This document shows positions 1 through 8,459 of a stretch of DNA of 64,000 bases, in pieces (positions within the stretch are counted from its first letter, which is position 1; each line of letters starts with the position of its first letter). Origin of the DNA: a virus; the IMG/VR virus record IMGVR_UViG_3300045988_152178, one strand, 5' to 3'. Below the pieces are notes generated by a model that did no database searches, was not told the origin of the DNA, and saw only the letters and a list, made by a program, of their open reading frames with translations. A program made the position numbers and the translations under genes.

Positions 1-2
1 TA

Positions 3-233
3 TACGAAAAAGCCGTTGAATTGCTAGTTAGTGACATTCAAGACAAAGCTCTCAAAGAGAAGATTGGTACTCTTGGCAAAAAGACAGAAATGGAAATCAA
101 CGAGCCTCCAAAAAACATCATCTTATATCCAAGCGAACACTTCAATGATGGTTTAATCGAGACTTCTATCCCTCTCACTAGAAGGGAAAGAAGAAAGTTG
201 AACTTAAAGAAGAATAGATATGAAAAAGTATGA
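3..233 (+). CDS. hypothetical phage protein, 5' end probably outside window
   Basis: Frame is open from base 3 with no upstream stop; track ORF 21..233 has only a TTG start; stop TGA 231-233; overlaps next gene by 14 nt. Confidence 0.4.
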   Translation, partial: YEKAVELLVSDIQDKALKEKIGTLGKKTEMEINEPPKNIILYPSEHFNDGLIETSIPLTRRERRKLNLKKNRYEKV

Positions 234-444
234 ATATGAGTATATGGTAACTTCTATAGTTATCAAGAAAGCTGACGAGATAGCTCAGGTTTTATCTAAT
301 AGATTCAACCAAGAAGGCTATGAAGGTTGGGAGTTAGTGCAATGGAACATCATGCCACCTGCTGCACTTTTAACGGCTTCTACGACACCTTGCTGTGGCT
401 CAATATATATTCTTGCAACATTTAAGAAGAAGTTGAGAGTGTAA
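220..444 (+). CDS. small hypothetical protein (DUF4177-like pattern)
   Basis: 74 aa, ATG start; MKKYEYEY...EGYEGWELVQW resembles the short DUF4177 signature (recalled, not searched). Confidence 0.45.
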   Translation: MKKYEYEYMVTSIVIKKADEIAQVLSNRFNQEGYEGWELVQWNIMPPAALLTASTTPCCGSIYILATFKKKLRV

Positions 445-620
445 TGGTAAGCAATGATACTGAGCTTAGAATGATAGCTGCGCAGATAACTACGAAGACT
501 TCTATTGGAACAGAAGACTTGTATAGCCGTTATAGTAGTGTATCACGTATGTTAGGTAATATGTTTAATGATGTGTATTACATTCTTCAAGATGTAAGAT
601 ACAGATATAAATACAAGTAG
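444..620 (+). CDS. small hypothetical protein (58 aa, below track cutoff)
   Basis: ATG 444-446 overlaps preceding stop as TAATG; open to TAG 618-620, which is followed by CGT-ATG of the next gene. Confidence 0.45.
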   Translation: MVSNDTELRMIAAQITTKTSIGTEDLYSRYSSVSRMLGNMFNDVYYILQDVRYRYKYK

Positions 621-623
621 CGT

Positions 624-845
624 ATGAGCAAGGAAACATTTGACTTCTCGGAGGCTCTGAGAAGAATGAAGGAAGGGAAGAAAGTGAGAAGAAAAATTTG
701 GACAGAAGGTCTATATGTTTTCATTAAAAACAAAGCCCTTATGTATCAAAGTCATATAACTCATGGAATTGTAGCGAATCCTTATGGTAAATTTAAGGGT
801 ACGAGAGATAAATCAGCAACTGACTGGGAGGAGGTGGAAGAATGA
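624..845 (+). CDS. DUF2829-like small protein (Tad2-family candidate)
   Basis: 73 aa; N-terminal FDFSEALRRMKEGKKVRRKIW and C-terminal ATDWEEVEE fit the remembered DUF2829 layout. Confidence 0.55.
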   Translation: MSKETFDFSEALRRMKEGKKVRRKIWTEGLYVFIKNKALMYQSHITHGIVANPYGKFKGTRDKSATDWEEVEE

Positions 846-1018
846 AGAAGTATAGTTTCGCAAACGCCAAGCCTGTCAACCTAAGAAAGATTGACTATTG
901 GTTTCGTGTCGGTCAGTGTGGTTGCCATAAGACGGACTTCAAGCCTACTCTCAGAGAAATTCGAGGTAGAGTTGCTGAGAAGAAGAAATCGTCTAAGGAA
1001 TTAAGTAAAGCGTTTTGA
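842..1018 (+). CDS. small basic hypothetical protein (58 aa, below track cutoff)
   Basis: ATG 842-844 overlaps previous stop (ATGA); open to TGA 1016-1018. Confidence 0.45.
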   Translation: MKKYSFANAKPVNLRKIDYWFRVGQCGCHKTDFKPTLREIRGRVAEKKKSSKELSKAF

Positions 1019-1020
1019 GT

Positions 1021-1341
1021 ATGGAAAATCTAGAAGATATTAAGGTAGGAGACAAGGTTATCCTATACCGCAGATTTCAAGATAGAACTGTCTGCAAGGT
1101 AGAGAGACTGACTAAGAACTTCATCATAGTTGAAGGCCGCAAGTATCGCAAGAAGGATGGCTTTGAAGCTGGAGACTGCGGAATTTATGTCAGCTCTATT
1201 TTGAGAGCTACAGAACAGATGATTGCCGAGATAGAGGAGGAACATAAGCGTGATGTCATCATCAGCTATATAAGAAATTGCCGTCTTAGCACGCTACCAA
1301 CAGATGTGCTAGAGAAAGTGTATGAACTAATTAAAAAGTAA
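1021..1341 (+). CDS. hypothetical protein
   Basis: Track ORF 1015..1341 starts at TTG; first ATG at 1021 (MENLEDIK), 2 nt after previous stop. Confidence 0.55.
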   Translation: MENLEDIKVGDKVILYRRFQDRTVCKVERLTKNFIIVEGRKYRKKDGFEAGDCGIYVSSILRATEQMIAEIEEEHKRDVIISYIRNCRLSTLPTDVLEKVYELIKK

Positions 1342-1346
1342 ACTAT

Positions 1347-1781
1347 ATGGCAGAAAAGAAAGTATTAACTATTCATCTTACTGATGAGTGGTACCAGAAA
1401 ATAGCTAGCGGAGAGAAGACAGAGGAGTATCGGGAATGCTCTGTATTCTGGACGATTCGTCTGTTAAGAAAGGATATACCGAATAGGTCAGCCGTGATAG
1501 CTGGCGTAGCCAAATATCATCGTGCTTCCGATAGAGGTCTTTTCGTGCAAGGCTACCTTACCGGAGGACTCAAGCACACTTCGGACAGTCCGGTAGATAG
1601 AACTTACCGCAAGGAGGTATTAGAGCCTTTCACTCATGTTCATTTCCTCCTCGGTTATCCGAAAGATAACCAACCGTATATCGAGAAGGAAATCGACGAG
1701 ATAACGGTAGATAAGCCCAAAAAGGGCATGTGCCCTGATGCGTGGTTAAAAAAGAATATGTTCGTAATCAGATTCAAATAG
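1347..1781 (+). CDS. ASCH/PUA-like domain protein, paralog A
   Basis: 144 aa; LTIHLTDEWYQKIASGEKTEEYRE fits the ASCH-type N-terminal signature; highly similar over full length to 6456..6878. Confidence 0.55.
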   Translation: MAEKKVLTIHLTDEWYQKIASGEKTEEYRECSVFWTIRLLRKDIPNRSAVIAGVAKYHRASDRGLFVQGYLTGGLKHTSDSPVDRTYRKEVLEPFTHVHFLLGYPKDNQPYIEKEIDEITVDKPKKGMCPDAWLKKNMFVIRFK

Positions 1782-1789
1782 ATAATCGC

Positions 1790-1927
1790 ATGGCTAAGAA
1801 AGAAGAGAAATGTTGTGGCAACTGCTTCTGGTTTGATAACGAAGATGCCTACGGTCAAGGCTGGTGCATCGATTCGCAAGGCGAAACGTCATGTGATTTG
1901 GTTTGTGATAATCATTTAAACAGATAA
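1790..1927 (+). CDS. small Cys-rich zinc-ribbon-like protein, paralog A
   Basis: ATG at 1790 inside track ORF 1742..1927; MAKKEEKCCGNCFWFD..WC..SC..VC..H pattern shared with 7640..7795. Confidence 0.5.
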   Translation: MAKKEEKCCGNCFWFDNEDAYGQGWCIDSQGETSCDLVCDNHLNR

Positions 1928-1931
1928 GCGT

Positions 1932-2063
1932 ATGGAAATAAATTATAGAGATTATCCTCTGAGTATTTATAAGCATCCGGAGCTAATGGAAATGATGATT
2001 CCTACTCCAAAAGACTTCGGGCAGTATCTGTATAATAAACGTAATAGGAGAAGAAAGAAATGA
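1932..2063 (+). CDS. small hypothetical protein (43 aa)
   Basis: ATG 1932 follows TAAGCGT junction; stop TGA 2061-2063 overlaps next ATG (ATGA). Confidence 0.35.
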   Translation: MEINYRDYPLSIYKHPELMEMMIPTPKDFGQYLYNKRNRRRKK

Positions 2064-2317
2064 CGTTAGAGTTATCGATGGAAGAAAAGATAATCGTAAC
2101 CGTTCTCTGGGCATTCACGATATTCTTTCTGTTGTTGGTTTCCGGAATATTTGAAGGTAGGCATGAGCCTATAAAACCGCCAGATATTCCACCACCACCG
2201 CCGCTATCTCGCCCCCATCCTCTGCTATTCCGTCGCAGATCAAGATTAAGAACTAATAAACGAAAAAGATATGTTATACGAAGCAAAACAAGGAACAAAG
2301 GCTTACGAATACATTAA
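2060..2317 (+). CDS. small membrane protein with Pro-rich and basic tail
   Basis: 85 aa; hydrophobic IIVTVLWAFTIFFLLLVSGIF, then PPDIPPPPPL and Arg/Lys tail; overlaps next gene by 47 nt. Confidence 0.4.
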   Translation: MTLELSMEEKIIVTVLWAFTIFFLLLVSGIFEGRHEPIKPPDIPPPPPLSRPHPLLFRRRSRLRTNKRKRYVIRSKTRNKGLRIH

Positions 2318-2819
2318 GGGTATTCTCGATGCTGAAGAAAAAGAGTATCAAGCCTATATAGAAAGGGTGAAGAAGGCTGTAGGCTTCGAGTTTAATAAGT
2401 ATCGAGGTTATCAGCCTAACAGTAGTTTGCTGCGAGAGTACGAAGTAACCGCTATCTGGGTACCATCCGAGCGATATGAAACGCTGGATAAGAAGATATG
2501 GAGAAAATTTGATGGTGTAAAACTGGAGGATGGCTATTATATAGCCGTAGCACCTAATAAGAGATACAAGCAGGGCAAGGCTATCGCTGCCGTGCTTGCC
2601 TCTTACCATGCTGTTACTGATCATTTCAAGATATTGAAGGAACTGGACATAGAACTTCCTCAAGCTGCCTCTTTTTCCATCACTCAGCTTCTCCGTTGCT
2701 ATGATCGTTACTTTGTATTCTTCGATGATAGCATTCGAGCCGAGAAATCCAATCCTGATTTCAAGGAAATCACGATAGGAGAGTATGAGGATCTTATTAA
2801 TAGTGATAATGAAAAGTAG
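2271..2819 (+). CDS. hypothetical protein
   Basis: 182 aa, ATG start, same-strand packed block; no motif recognised. Confidence 0.6.
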   Translation: MLYEAKQGTKAYEYIKGILDAEEKEYQAYIERVKKAVGFEFNKYRGYQPNSSLLREYEVTAIWVPSERYETLDKKIWRKFDGVKLEDGYYIAVAPNKRYKQGKAIAAVLASYHAVTDHFKILKELDIELPQAASFSITQLLRCYDRYFVFFDDSIRAEKSNPDFKEITIGEYEDLINSDNEK

Positions 2820-2822
2820 CGT

Positions 2823-3284
2823 ATGGAGATAAATATAGAACAGGTAAAGGAGAAGATTGCAGGCTTTATTTTTGACCTTATTATAGAGTCGGGTAGTAAG
2901 TCTAAGTTCTTCCGTAAGTACACCAACCATCGCTTCCGCAAGCAGTATGAACGGGTGGTAGATAGTTGCAATTATTATTGGATTTGCAGACGTAATTACG
3001 ATTTGGAAAAAATGAATGGCAGGCTGCATGAGGAGATCGACGACTTACATTGCAGACTTCGTTTTATTCATGAAAGGGTGAAAGTCGTAGCTACGGAGTA
3101 TCCCAAGAACATTTCTTGTCCTCACGGAGAAAAGGATGAAGAGAGCCACTGCCCTGTTAGAACAGATTCAACCGATTGCTGGTGCTGCCCAGGGTTCGTG
3201 TGTAGAGTACCCGAAAAAGGTACCATTATCTGTTGGAATAAGAACTTTGAACAGAGTGAGGATTTAGAAAATAAAGAAAAATAG
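2823..3284 (+). CDS. hypothetical protein with Cys-rich C-terminus
   Basis: 153 aa; TAGCGTATG junction with upstream gene; C-terminal CPHGEKDEESHCPVRTDSTDCWCCPGFVC. Confidence 0.6.
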   Translation: MEINIEQVKEKIAGFIFDLIIESGSKSKFFRKYTNHRFRKQYERVVDSCNYYWICRRNYDLEKMNGRLHEEIDDLHCRLRFIHERVKVVATEYPKNISCPHGEKDEESHCPVRTDSTDCWCCPGFVCRVPEKGTIICWNKNFEQSEDLENKEK

Positions 3285-3287
3285 CGT

Positions 3288-4286
3288 ATGGAAACAGAAA
3301 CGAAAGAAACTCCTGTAAAGGGAGCATTGATTTACCAGCCGCGGGGTGCGGCTGGTGAATATGCTAAGTGGGCAATCAATCTATACCATGGTTGCTCTAA
3401 TGGCTGCACATATTGTTATAACCGCAGAGGGGTATTGAGCCACGTTTTTGGTGATAAGCCGGAACTGGCAGCACCTATCGTCAAGTCGCGCGACAGACAA
3501 ATTAATTATTTCTTGGAACGCAAAAAACTCACTGCGCACGATCCGATACCATACGGAGTTATCGAGAATTGCACCAATGTAGCTATTCTTTCTTTGATAT
3601 ACAATGATACAAGAATGATTGGTATCTTTCGTCTGATAGAAGACGGAGGCGTATTCATGTCGTTTACATGTGACCCGCTCGATACTGACGAGAATGCGCA
3701 GCATTATACATTTGTCGCGGCAAAAAAACTTCTCGGATATGGCATTCCTGTAACGCTGTTGACTAAGAATGTAGCGTGGTTAAAGGAAGATAGCTGGAAG
3801 CTCCTTCTTGAAGAATATCCAAAACTTATCTGTTGTCAAAATCATCATGCACTCCTCACCATCGGTTTCACTATCACCGGTAAAGATGAGCTGGAGCCTA
3901 ATGCTCCTTCTACAGAGAAGCGCATCGAAGCTTTACGCAAGTTGCACGATGAATACAAGATTAAGACCTTTGTATCTCTAGAGCCGATAACAAGTATTCA
4001 TACTGCATCGGAAGTAATCAAGAAAACATACGAGACTGCGGACGAGATACGTATCGGTGCTCAATCTCCTATCAAGAAAGATAGATATGATCCCAACGAG
4101 TTTGTCGGTTTTATTGTTGCGGTTAAAACCCTGGCACGCGTTTTTGATTGCCGTTTTATGGTAAAGGACAGCATGTATAAACAGGCAGAAACTTTTGAAG
4201 GTGTTTATCGAGATTTGTGTGTCAGAAATCTTGATGAAATAAAAAAGATTTATAATTCAAAACAAAAAGAAAATGATGAAAAGTAA
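3288..4286 (+). CDS. radical SAM protein (SplB / DNA-photolyase-like class)
   Basis: 332 aa; INLYHGCSNGCTYCYNR gives CxxxCxxC at Cys36/40/43 in the context typical of SPL-like radical SAM enzymes. Confidence 0.75.
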   Translation: METETKETPVKGALIYQPRGAAGEYAKWAINLYHGCSNGCTYCYNRRGVLSHVFGDKPELAAPIVKSRDRQINYFLERKKLTAHDPIPYGVIENCTNVAILSLIYNDTRMIGIFRLIEDGGVFMSFTCDPLDTDENAQHYTFVAAKKLLGYGIPVTLLTKNVAWLKEDSWKLLLEEYPKLICCQNHHALLTIGFTITGKDELEPNAPSTEKRIEALRKLHDEYKIKTFVSLEPITSIHTASEVIKKTYETADEIRIGAQSPIKKDRYDPNEFVGFIVAVKTLARVFDCRFMVKDSMYKQAETFEGVYRDLCVRNLDEIKKIYNSKQKENDEK

Positions 4287-4929
4287 ATTGAAGTATTACG
4301 CTCAGGTTATCGGTGTTAACCTGTTGGCGGCACTGGTACCTATCCTTGCCGTTGTCCTTATTTATGGTTTCGGCAAGCTGAAGAACATCTGTTCCCACCC
4401 TTGCGTTTTATCGCAGGAGATATACGATTGCTGCCTGGAGGCAATCATCGTGGTGCTGGCTGGTTTCTCCGTTGGTCTTTTGCTCCTTGGCTGGGCTGAT
4501 AACTGGAGAAAGGCAAAGCTCAGAGTTCTAAAAAGTAGAAAAGAGCGTGAGGAATTAGAATTGCGTGTCAAGTTAGAGGTAGAGCCTATCGAGGAGAGAA
4601 CGGAGCAGAAGAATACGCCTGCGCTTGGCGATTCCGAGTTTGAGGATATTTCCGGTTTGACAGTTAAGGAGATTTACCACCTTTATCATGGCCGTGAAGT
4701 TCTGATTATGGCAGGTAGTGCGAAAAGAAATTTTCTCGGCCGTCTTGCTGGCTATGACAATGAAGGTTCTATCCTTTACATAGGTTTCACTCAATCCTGC
4801 CTTGGTCCTTATTCCCTAGAGGAAATAAACGATATACGTCGTAATCAGGATCCAGAAGTTAGCTACGTAGAGCCAGTACATAAAAGTTACGATTTCTGCA
4901 TCTCTAGTCTTATCCGTATTTATAAGTAA
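4273..4929 (+). CDS. membrane protein
   Basis: 218 aa; two hydrophobic segments (VIGVNLLAALVPILAVVLIYGF, IIVVLAGFSVGLLLLGW); 14-nt overlap with upstream gene. Confidence 0.6.
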   Translation: MMKSKLKYYAQVIGVNLLAALVPILAVVLIYGFGKLKNICSHPCVLSQEIYDCCLEAIIVVLAGFSVGLLLLGWADNWRKAKLRVLKSRKEREELELRVKLEVEPIEERTEQKNTPALGDSEFEDISGLTVKEIYHLYHGREVLIMAGSAKRNFLGRLAGYDNEGSILYIGFTQSCLGPYSLEEINDIRRNQDPEVSYVEPVHKSYDFCISSLIRIYK

Positions 4930-4938
4930 AAAATAGTT

Positions 4939-5520
4939 ATGAAGAAAAATTATTTATTTGATGTTGATGGCTTGCTGCAGGTGCTGCAAGCCATCAAGGA
5001 GGGGAAGCCGGTGGAATATCGCTTATTGGAGGAACCTGATTGGCGAGATTTCGACCCAGAGGATTGCGATATTGATACAGAGAACTGTAAGTATCGCGTT
5101 AAGCCTTGTGAGTATGGAGAGAATATTGGTACTATAGTTATTCGTCCGGAAGACTTGCAGGAAGGTATGATTTACCTCTTGACACACGGAGAGTACAACA
5201 CGAAGGATAAAGATTTTATCTGTGTAAAGAGTAATCTATGGCGTGAGAACAGGATTGTTACCTTTCACTTCTCATTGCAGAGTGCTGACGTTTGCGATAC
5301 GCTTCAAGTGGGCGATGATAATGTAGATGCCGCGCATAGCGAGCAGTCAAAAGGCTTTGCCAACATTATCGCTCCCTGTCTCGTTTCTAATAACTTTGAT
5401 GGTGTAGAAATCCGCCTGGCATCCCTGGCTCAAGTCAAGATGCTGGAATCTAAACTGCGTGAAATCGGTTATGAGTTCAAGGACGGACAAATGAAAAAGA
5501 TAGATGGGAACAAAGAGTAA
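4939..5520 (+). CDS. hypothetical protein
   Basis: 193 aa, ATG start 9 nt after previous stop; no motif recognised. Confidence 0.6.
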   Translation: MKKNYLFDVDGLLQVLQAIKEGKPVEYRLLEEPDWRDFDPEDCDIDTENCKYRVKPCEYGENIGTIVIRPEDLQEGMIYLLTHGEYNTKDKDFICVKSNLWRENRIVTFHFSLQSADVCDTLQVGDDNVDAAHSEQSKGFANIIAPCLVSNNFDGVEIRLASLAQVKMLESKLREIGYEFKDGQMKKIDGNKE

Positions 5521-5719
5521 ACAAGCACCGCTCCTTACTAAGGAGCAGGTATCAGAGCTGCTTCTTCAGCAGTATTTGCGCGGCTGGAAATCGAACCCTA
5601 CGTATATCGTAGAAAACCTTTACGTGTTCGACTGGGAGAGTGATATGCTCATCAAGACTCGAAGCGGATATTGGTATGAGGGGGAAGCCGTTGCTGGTTT
5701 CAAGAAATTTAAAAAGTAA
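5504..5719 (+). CDS. small hypothetical protein
   Basis: 71 aa, ATG start, 17-nt overlap with upstream gene. Confidence 0.45.
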   Translation: MGTKSKQAPLLTKEQVSELLLQQYLRGWKSNPTYIVENLYVFDWESDMLIKTRSGYWYEGEAVAGFKKFKK

Positions 5720-5731
5720 ATTGATAGCAAT

Positions 5732-6292
5732 ATGGATGATTACACAAAACGTAAGAATACAGAATCTGAGGAGAACTATACGCTTTACGCTGGACTTGGT
5801 TCAGAAGTTTTTATTGTTCCCCGAGAGCACCTTCTTAACGAAAGTGATGGTTCTATAAAAGATGGTTGGGAGAAATATGCAGTTTGTCTTGACGTTTCAG
5901 ATAAAAAGGATGCCGTAACGAGCTATTCAATATTCGAGAATGACGGAACCGCTGCACTCAAGATGAAATTTCATTTTTCATTTGATGCAGAATTAATAGA
6001 TCTTCTTCGTGATGCTTGCGAGTTGACAAAATGCGTATTGCCATATCGCAGCCCTATTCCGTTTGCCGTGCGATATACGTACCCTTCATACAGAATCCCC
6101 GATGCCATGAAGCTGAAAAAGCCTTGGTGTCATTATCATCTGCCGGAGATACAAGCTCATTTTATAACTTATAGTAGCGGGGAAGTCCTGGTGTGCTTTA
6201 TAATGGAAAGCGGAGATATTGGAGCAATGTCATACCAGGAATACCGAAACTGTCTTAGTTACGAAAATGGGAAGAGGATAGCATTCCTGTAA
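5732..6292 (+). CDS. hypothetical protein
   Basis: 186 aa, ATG start 12 nt after previous stop. Confidence 0.6.
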   Translation: MDDYTKRKNTESEENYTLYAGLGSEVFIVPREHLLNESDGSIKDGWEKYAVCLDVSDKKDAVTSYSIFENDGTAALKMKFHFSFDAELIDLLRDACELTKCVLPYRSPIPFAVRYTYPSYRIPDAMKLKKPWCHYHLPEIQAHFITYSSGEVLVCFIMESGDIGAMSYQEYRNCLSYENGKRIAFL

Positions 6293-6455
6293 ATTCCAGC
6301 AGGTATCGCATTCCTTACCCTAACATAGCAGCGCAAATGCGGAAAATAGGTAAAGCCTTTGAAGCTGATACTCCTTGTTCCGTAGGAATGCAGATGCAAA
6401 TTTTCCTCGATAATTATCATAAATCACATAAAATTATAGGCAGTATAGGTAAATT

Positions 6456-6878
6456 ATGGAAAAGAAAATATTGACCTTTCATCTTGCCGATGAGTGGTAT
6501 CAGAAGATAGTTAGCGGCGAAAAGACAGAGGAGTATAGGGAGTGTTCTGTTTACTGGGTAATGCGTCTGATAGCAAAAGATGCACCCAATAGAATAAAAT
6601 TGATATACAACATCAATATTGCTCGTGAGAAGGGAGCATTCATGTACGGCTACGTCTGTCAAGGCGGTACCCATGCTTCCGATAGTCCGGAAGATAGAGC
6701 ATATCGTCAGAAGGTATTGCAGCCCTATACTCATGTCCATTTCGTTTCCGGTTATCCAAAAGATAATCAGCCGTATATCGAGCGAGAGATTGATGAAATT
6801 ACTGTAGGCAAGCCTAAAAAAGGCATGTGCCCTGAAGAGTGGCTTGATAAGTATATGTTCGTAATTAGATTTAAATAG
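6456..6878 (+). CDS. ASCH/PUA-like domain protein, paralog B
   Basis: 140 aa; LTFHLADEWYQKIVSGEKTEEYRE and C-terminal GYPKDNQPYIEREIDEITVGKPKKGMCPEEW nearly identical to paralog A. Confidence 0.6.
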   Translation: MEKKILTFHLADEWYQKIVSGEKTEEYRECSVYWVMRLIAKDAPNRIKLIYNINIAREKGAFMYGYVCQGGTHASDSPEDRAYRQKVLQPYTHVHFVSGYPKDNQPYIEREIDEITVGKPKKGMCPEEWLDKYMFVIRFK

Positions 6879-6886
6879 ATAAGCGT

Positions 6887-7222
6887 ATGATACTTGCACA
6901 ATGTTTAAATTTACAGATCGTACTTTTAGCGATATTCGTTATATCCCTTATCGTGTTGATGGAGCAGATAGCTGAGTATTTTTACTTTAGAAATGAAAAG
7001 CGGATTAAGGTACGGTTTGATGTGGTTCGTCAGCCCAGATATTTCAACGGTGAAAAGCTTCCGCATTTTTGTGACGATATTGAATACTTCGTCAAGTATA
7101 AGAAGTTTTGGTGGCAGAAATATAAGTACATAACGGACAGTTGTGGTCGTCCGATAAAGTTTGCCAGTGTAGATGCAGCCAAAGAGTGTCTTAAAAAGGA
7201 AGGGTATAAATTATGGAAATAG
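6887..7222 (+). CDS. small membrane protein
   Basis: 111 aa; N-terminal hydrophobic LQIVLLAIFVISLIVLM; TAGATAAGCGTATG junction. Confidence 0.5.
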   Translation: MILAQCLNLQIVLLAIFVISLIVLMEQIAEYFYFRNEKRIKVRFDVVRQPRYFNGEKLPHFCDDIEYFVKYKKFWWQKYKYITDSCGRPIKFASVDAAKECLKKEGYKLWK

Positions 7223-7635
7223 GAAACATAAAGTTTAAGGCTAAGCGTCTTGACAACGGAGAATGGGTAAAAGGCGACTTGGTACATAGCACAAGTTATG
7301 TTGGCATAAGTTACCCAAGTGATGAATTTTCTGATGTACCAATAGTGCATAGAGTTGACCCTTCTACCGTCTGCCAGTTTACAGGACTGAAAGACTGTGA
7401 AGGCAAAGAAATTTGGGAAGGCGATATTCTCGAACATACACAAAGCCACGCCCGATTTACGGTGATGTTCGACCGCGGTGCGTTCTTCATTCGGAGAAAT
7501 GGCACAGAGAACACAGATTTATATCTGTTCGAGCTTTCAGAAAAAGATAGCTGCCTCCAGCTTTTTGAGGTTGTTGGCAACAAGTTCGATACAGGCAATA
7601 GTCTAGAAAGTATTTATAAATCAAAGAAGCAATAG
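7213..7635 (+). CDS. YopX-like protein
   Basis: 140 aa; KFKAKRLDNGEWVKG, CQFTGLKDCEGKEIWEGDIL and FEVVGNKFD match the remembered YopX family pattern. Confidence 0.6.
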   Translation: MEIGNIKFKAKRLDNGEWVKGDLVHSTSYVGISYPSDEFSDVPIVHRVDPSTVCQFTGLKDCEGKEIWEGDILEHTQSHARFTVMFDRGAFFIRRNGTENTDLYLFELSEKDSCLQLFEVVGNKFDTGNSLESIYKSKKQ

Positions 7636-7639
7636 TCGT

Positions 7640-7795
7640 ATGTACGGTGAAGTATATCAGTTCTGTGGTAATTGTTATTGGTACGATGTTGACGATGACC
7701 ATCGTGCCTCTGCATGGTGTGTTAAACATAAGGAAAAAACATCATGTTTTGATGTTTGTATGGATCATAAATTTATATGGAAGGAAAAGAGATGA
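7640..7795 (+). CDS. small Cys-rich zinc-ribbon-like protein, paralog B (51 aa, below track cutoff)
   Basis: ATG 7640 after TAGTCGT junction; MYGEVYQFCGNCYWYD..WC..SC..VC..H aligns with 1790..1927; stop TGA 7793-7795. Confidence 0.5.
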   Translation: MYGEVYQFCGNCYWYDVDDDHRASAWCVKHKEKTSCFDVCMDHKFIWKEKR

Positions 7796-8325
7796 TAAAA
7801 CTTACTCATGAGCAGATACAGAAGATAGCGGAAGGTATCAATGTTATTTGCTTCAAGCGCAACCCCAAGGAGTCGGATGAATATGTGCTTTTGGAATATC
7901 CAAGAGTAGATGTTTTTCATCAGTCTTGCATTTGGAAAGACCCGTCTTTTGATTATGATCATCAGAAGGAAGTAAAGCAAACGTTCCTTTCTTTCGAGGC
8001 AGAACATGCCTATGGCGCAAAGGAATTGTTCAAGCCCAGTCTTGCCGAAGTTATTCAGGCAATGCCTCTTGATTTAATAGGAAAGGTGAATGCTTTTACT
8101 ATCAAATATGATGGTTTTACAGAGGACTATTCCAAGCATAAGAGCGTTGTGACTCCTTATCTTATTGGAAAGAAGCAAAAAGTTTCTATCCCTCATCTCA
8201 GCAAGGAAGAGGATAAGAAGCTGCACCCTTCATCATTGAGGATAGGCGACCTTGTGGGCACCGTCATTGATAAGTTCTGTCAGGTAAGTATTGACAACAT
8301 CATTCCAGATACTCTCAACCTTTAG
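7777..8325 (+). CDS. hypothetical protein
   Basis: 182 aa from ATG 7777; alternative start ATG 7792 would give an ATGA overlap with the stop of 7640..7795. Confidence 0.55.
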   Translation: MEGKEMIKLTHEQIQKIAEGINVICFKRNPKESDEYVLLEYPRVDVFHQSCIWKDPSFDYDHQKEVKQTFLSFEAEHAYGAKELFKPSLAEVIQAMPLDLIGKVNAFTIKYDGFTEDYSKHKSVVTPYLIGKKQKVSIPHLSKEEDKKLHPSSLRIGDLVGTVIDKFCQVSIDNIIPDTLNL

Positions 8326-8459
8326 TCCGTGTACGAGGGTCCGATAGGTGACGCTCTCGCGATATGCCTGAATGCGCATTTCCGCCCGATAGAGATTGTC
8401 GCGGATTATGAGGATAGGATACATTTAATCGTTAACTAAGCATTCTAAAGCAATAGACC

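Noticed and set aside
2274-3029. 251-aa ORF on the minus strand
   Set aside because: It is antisense to tightly coupled + strand early genes, with the Ile/Leu/Phe-rich low-complexity composition typical of AT-rich antisense frames.
5640-5858. Alternative-frame ORF after a G5 run near the end of 5504..5719
   Set aside because: A -1 shift there terminates within 10 codons. The +1 frame product overlaps the start of the next gene and looks non-protein-like. It does not fit the pattern of the three other G-run sites.
8233-8424. 63-aa minus-strand ORF in the 8325-8460 gap
   Set aside because: It overlaps the 3' end of 7777..8325 by 92 nt and is the only reverse gene in a uniform + block. The local GC rise at 8330-8400 is unexplained, but that is insufficient to call a gene.
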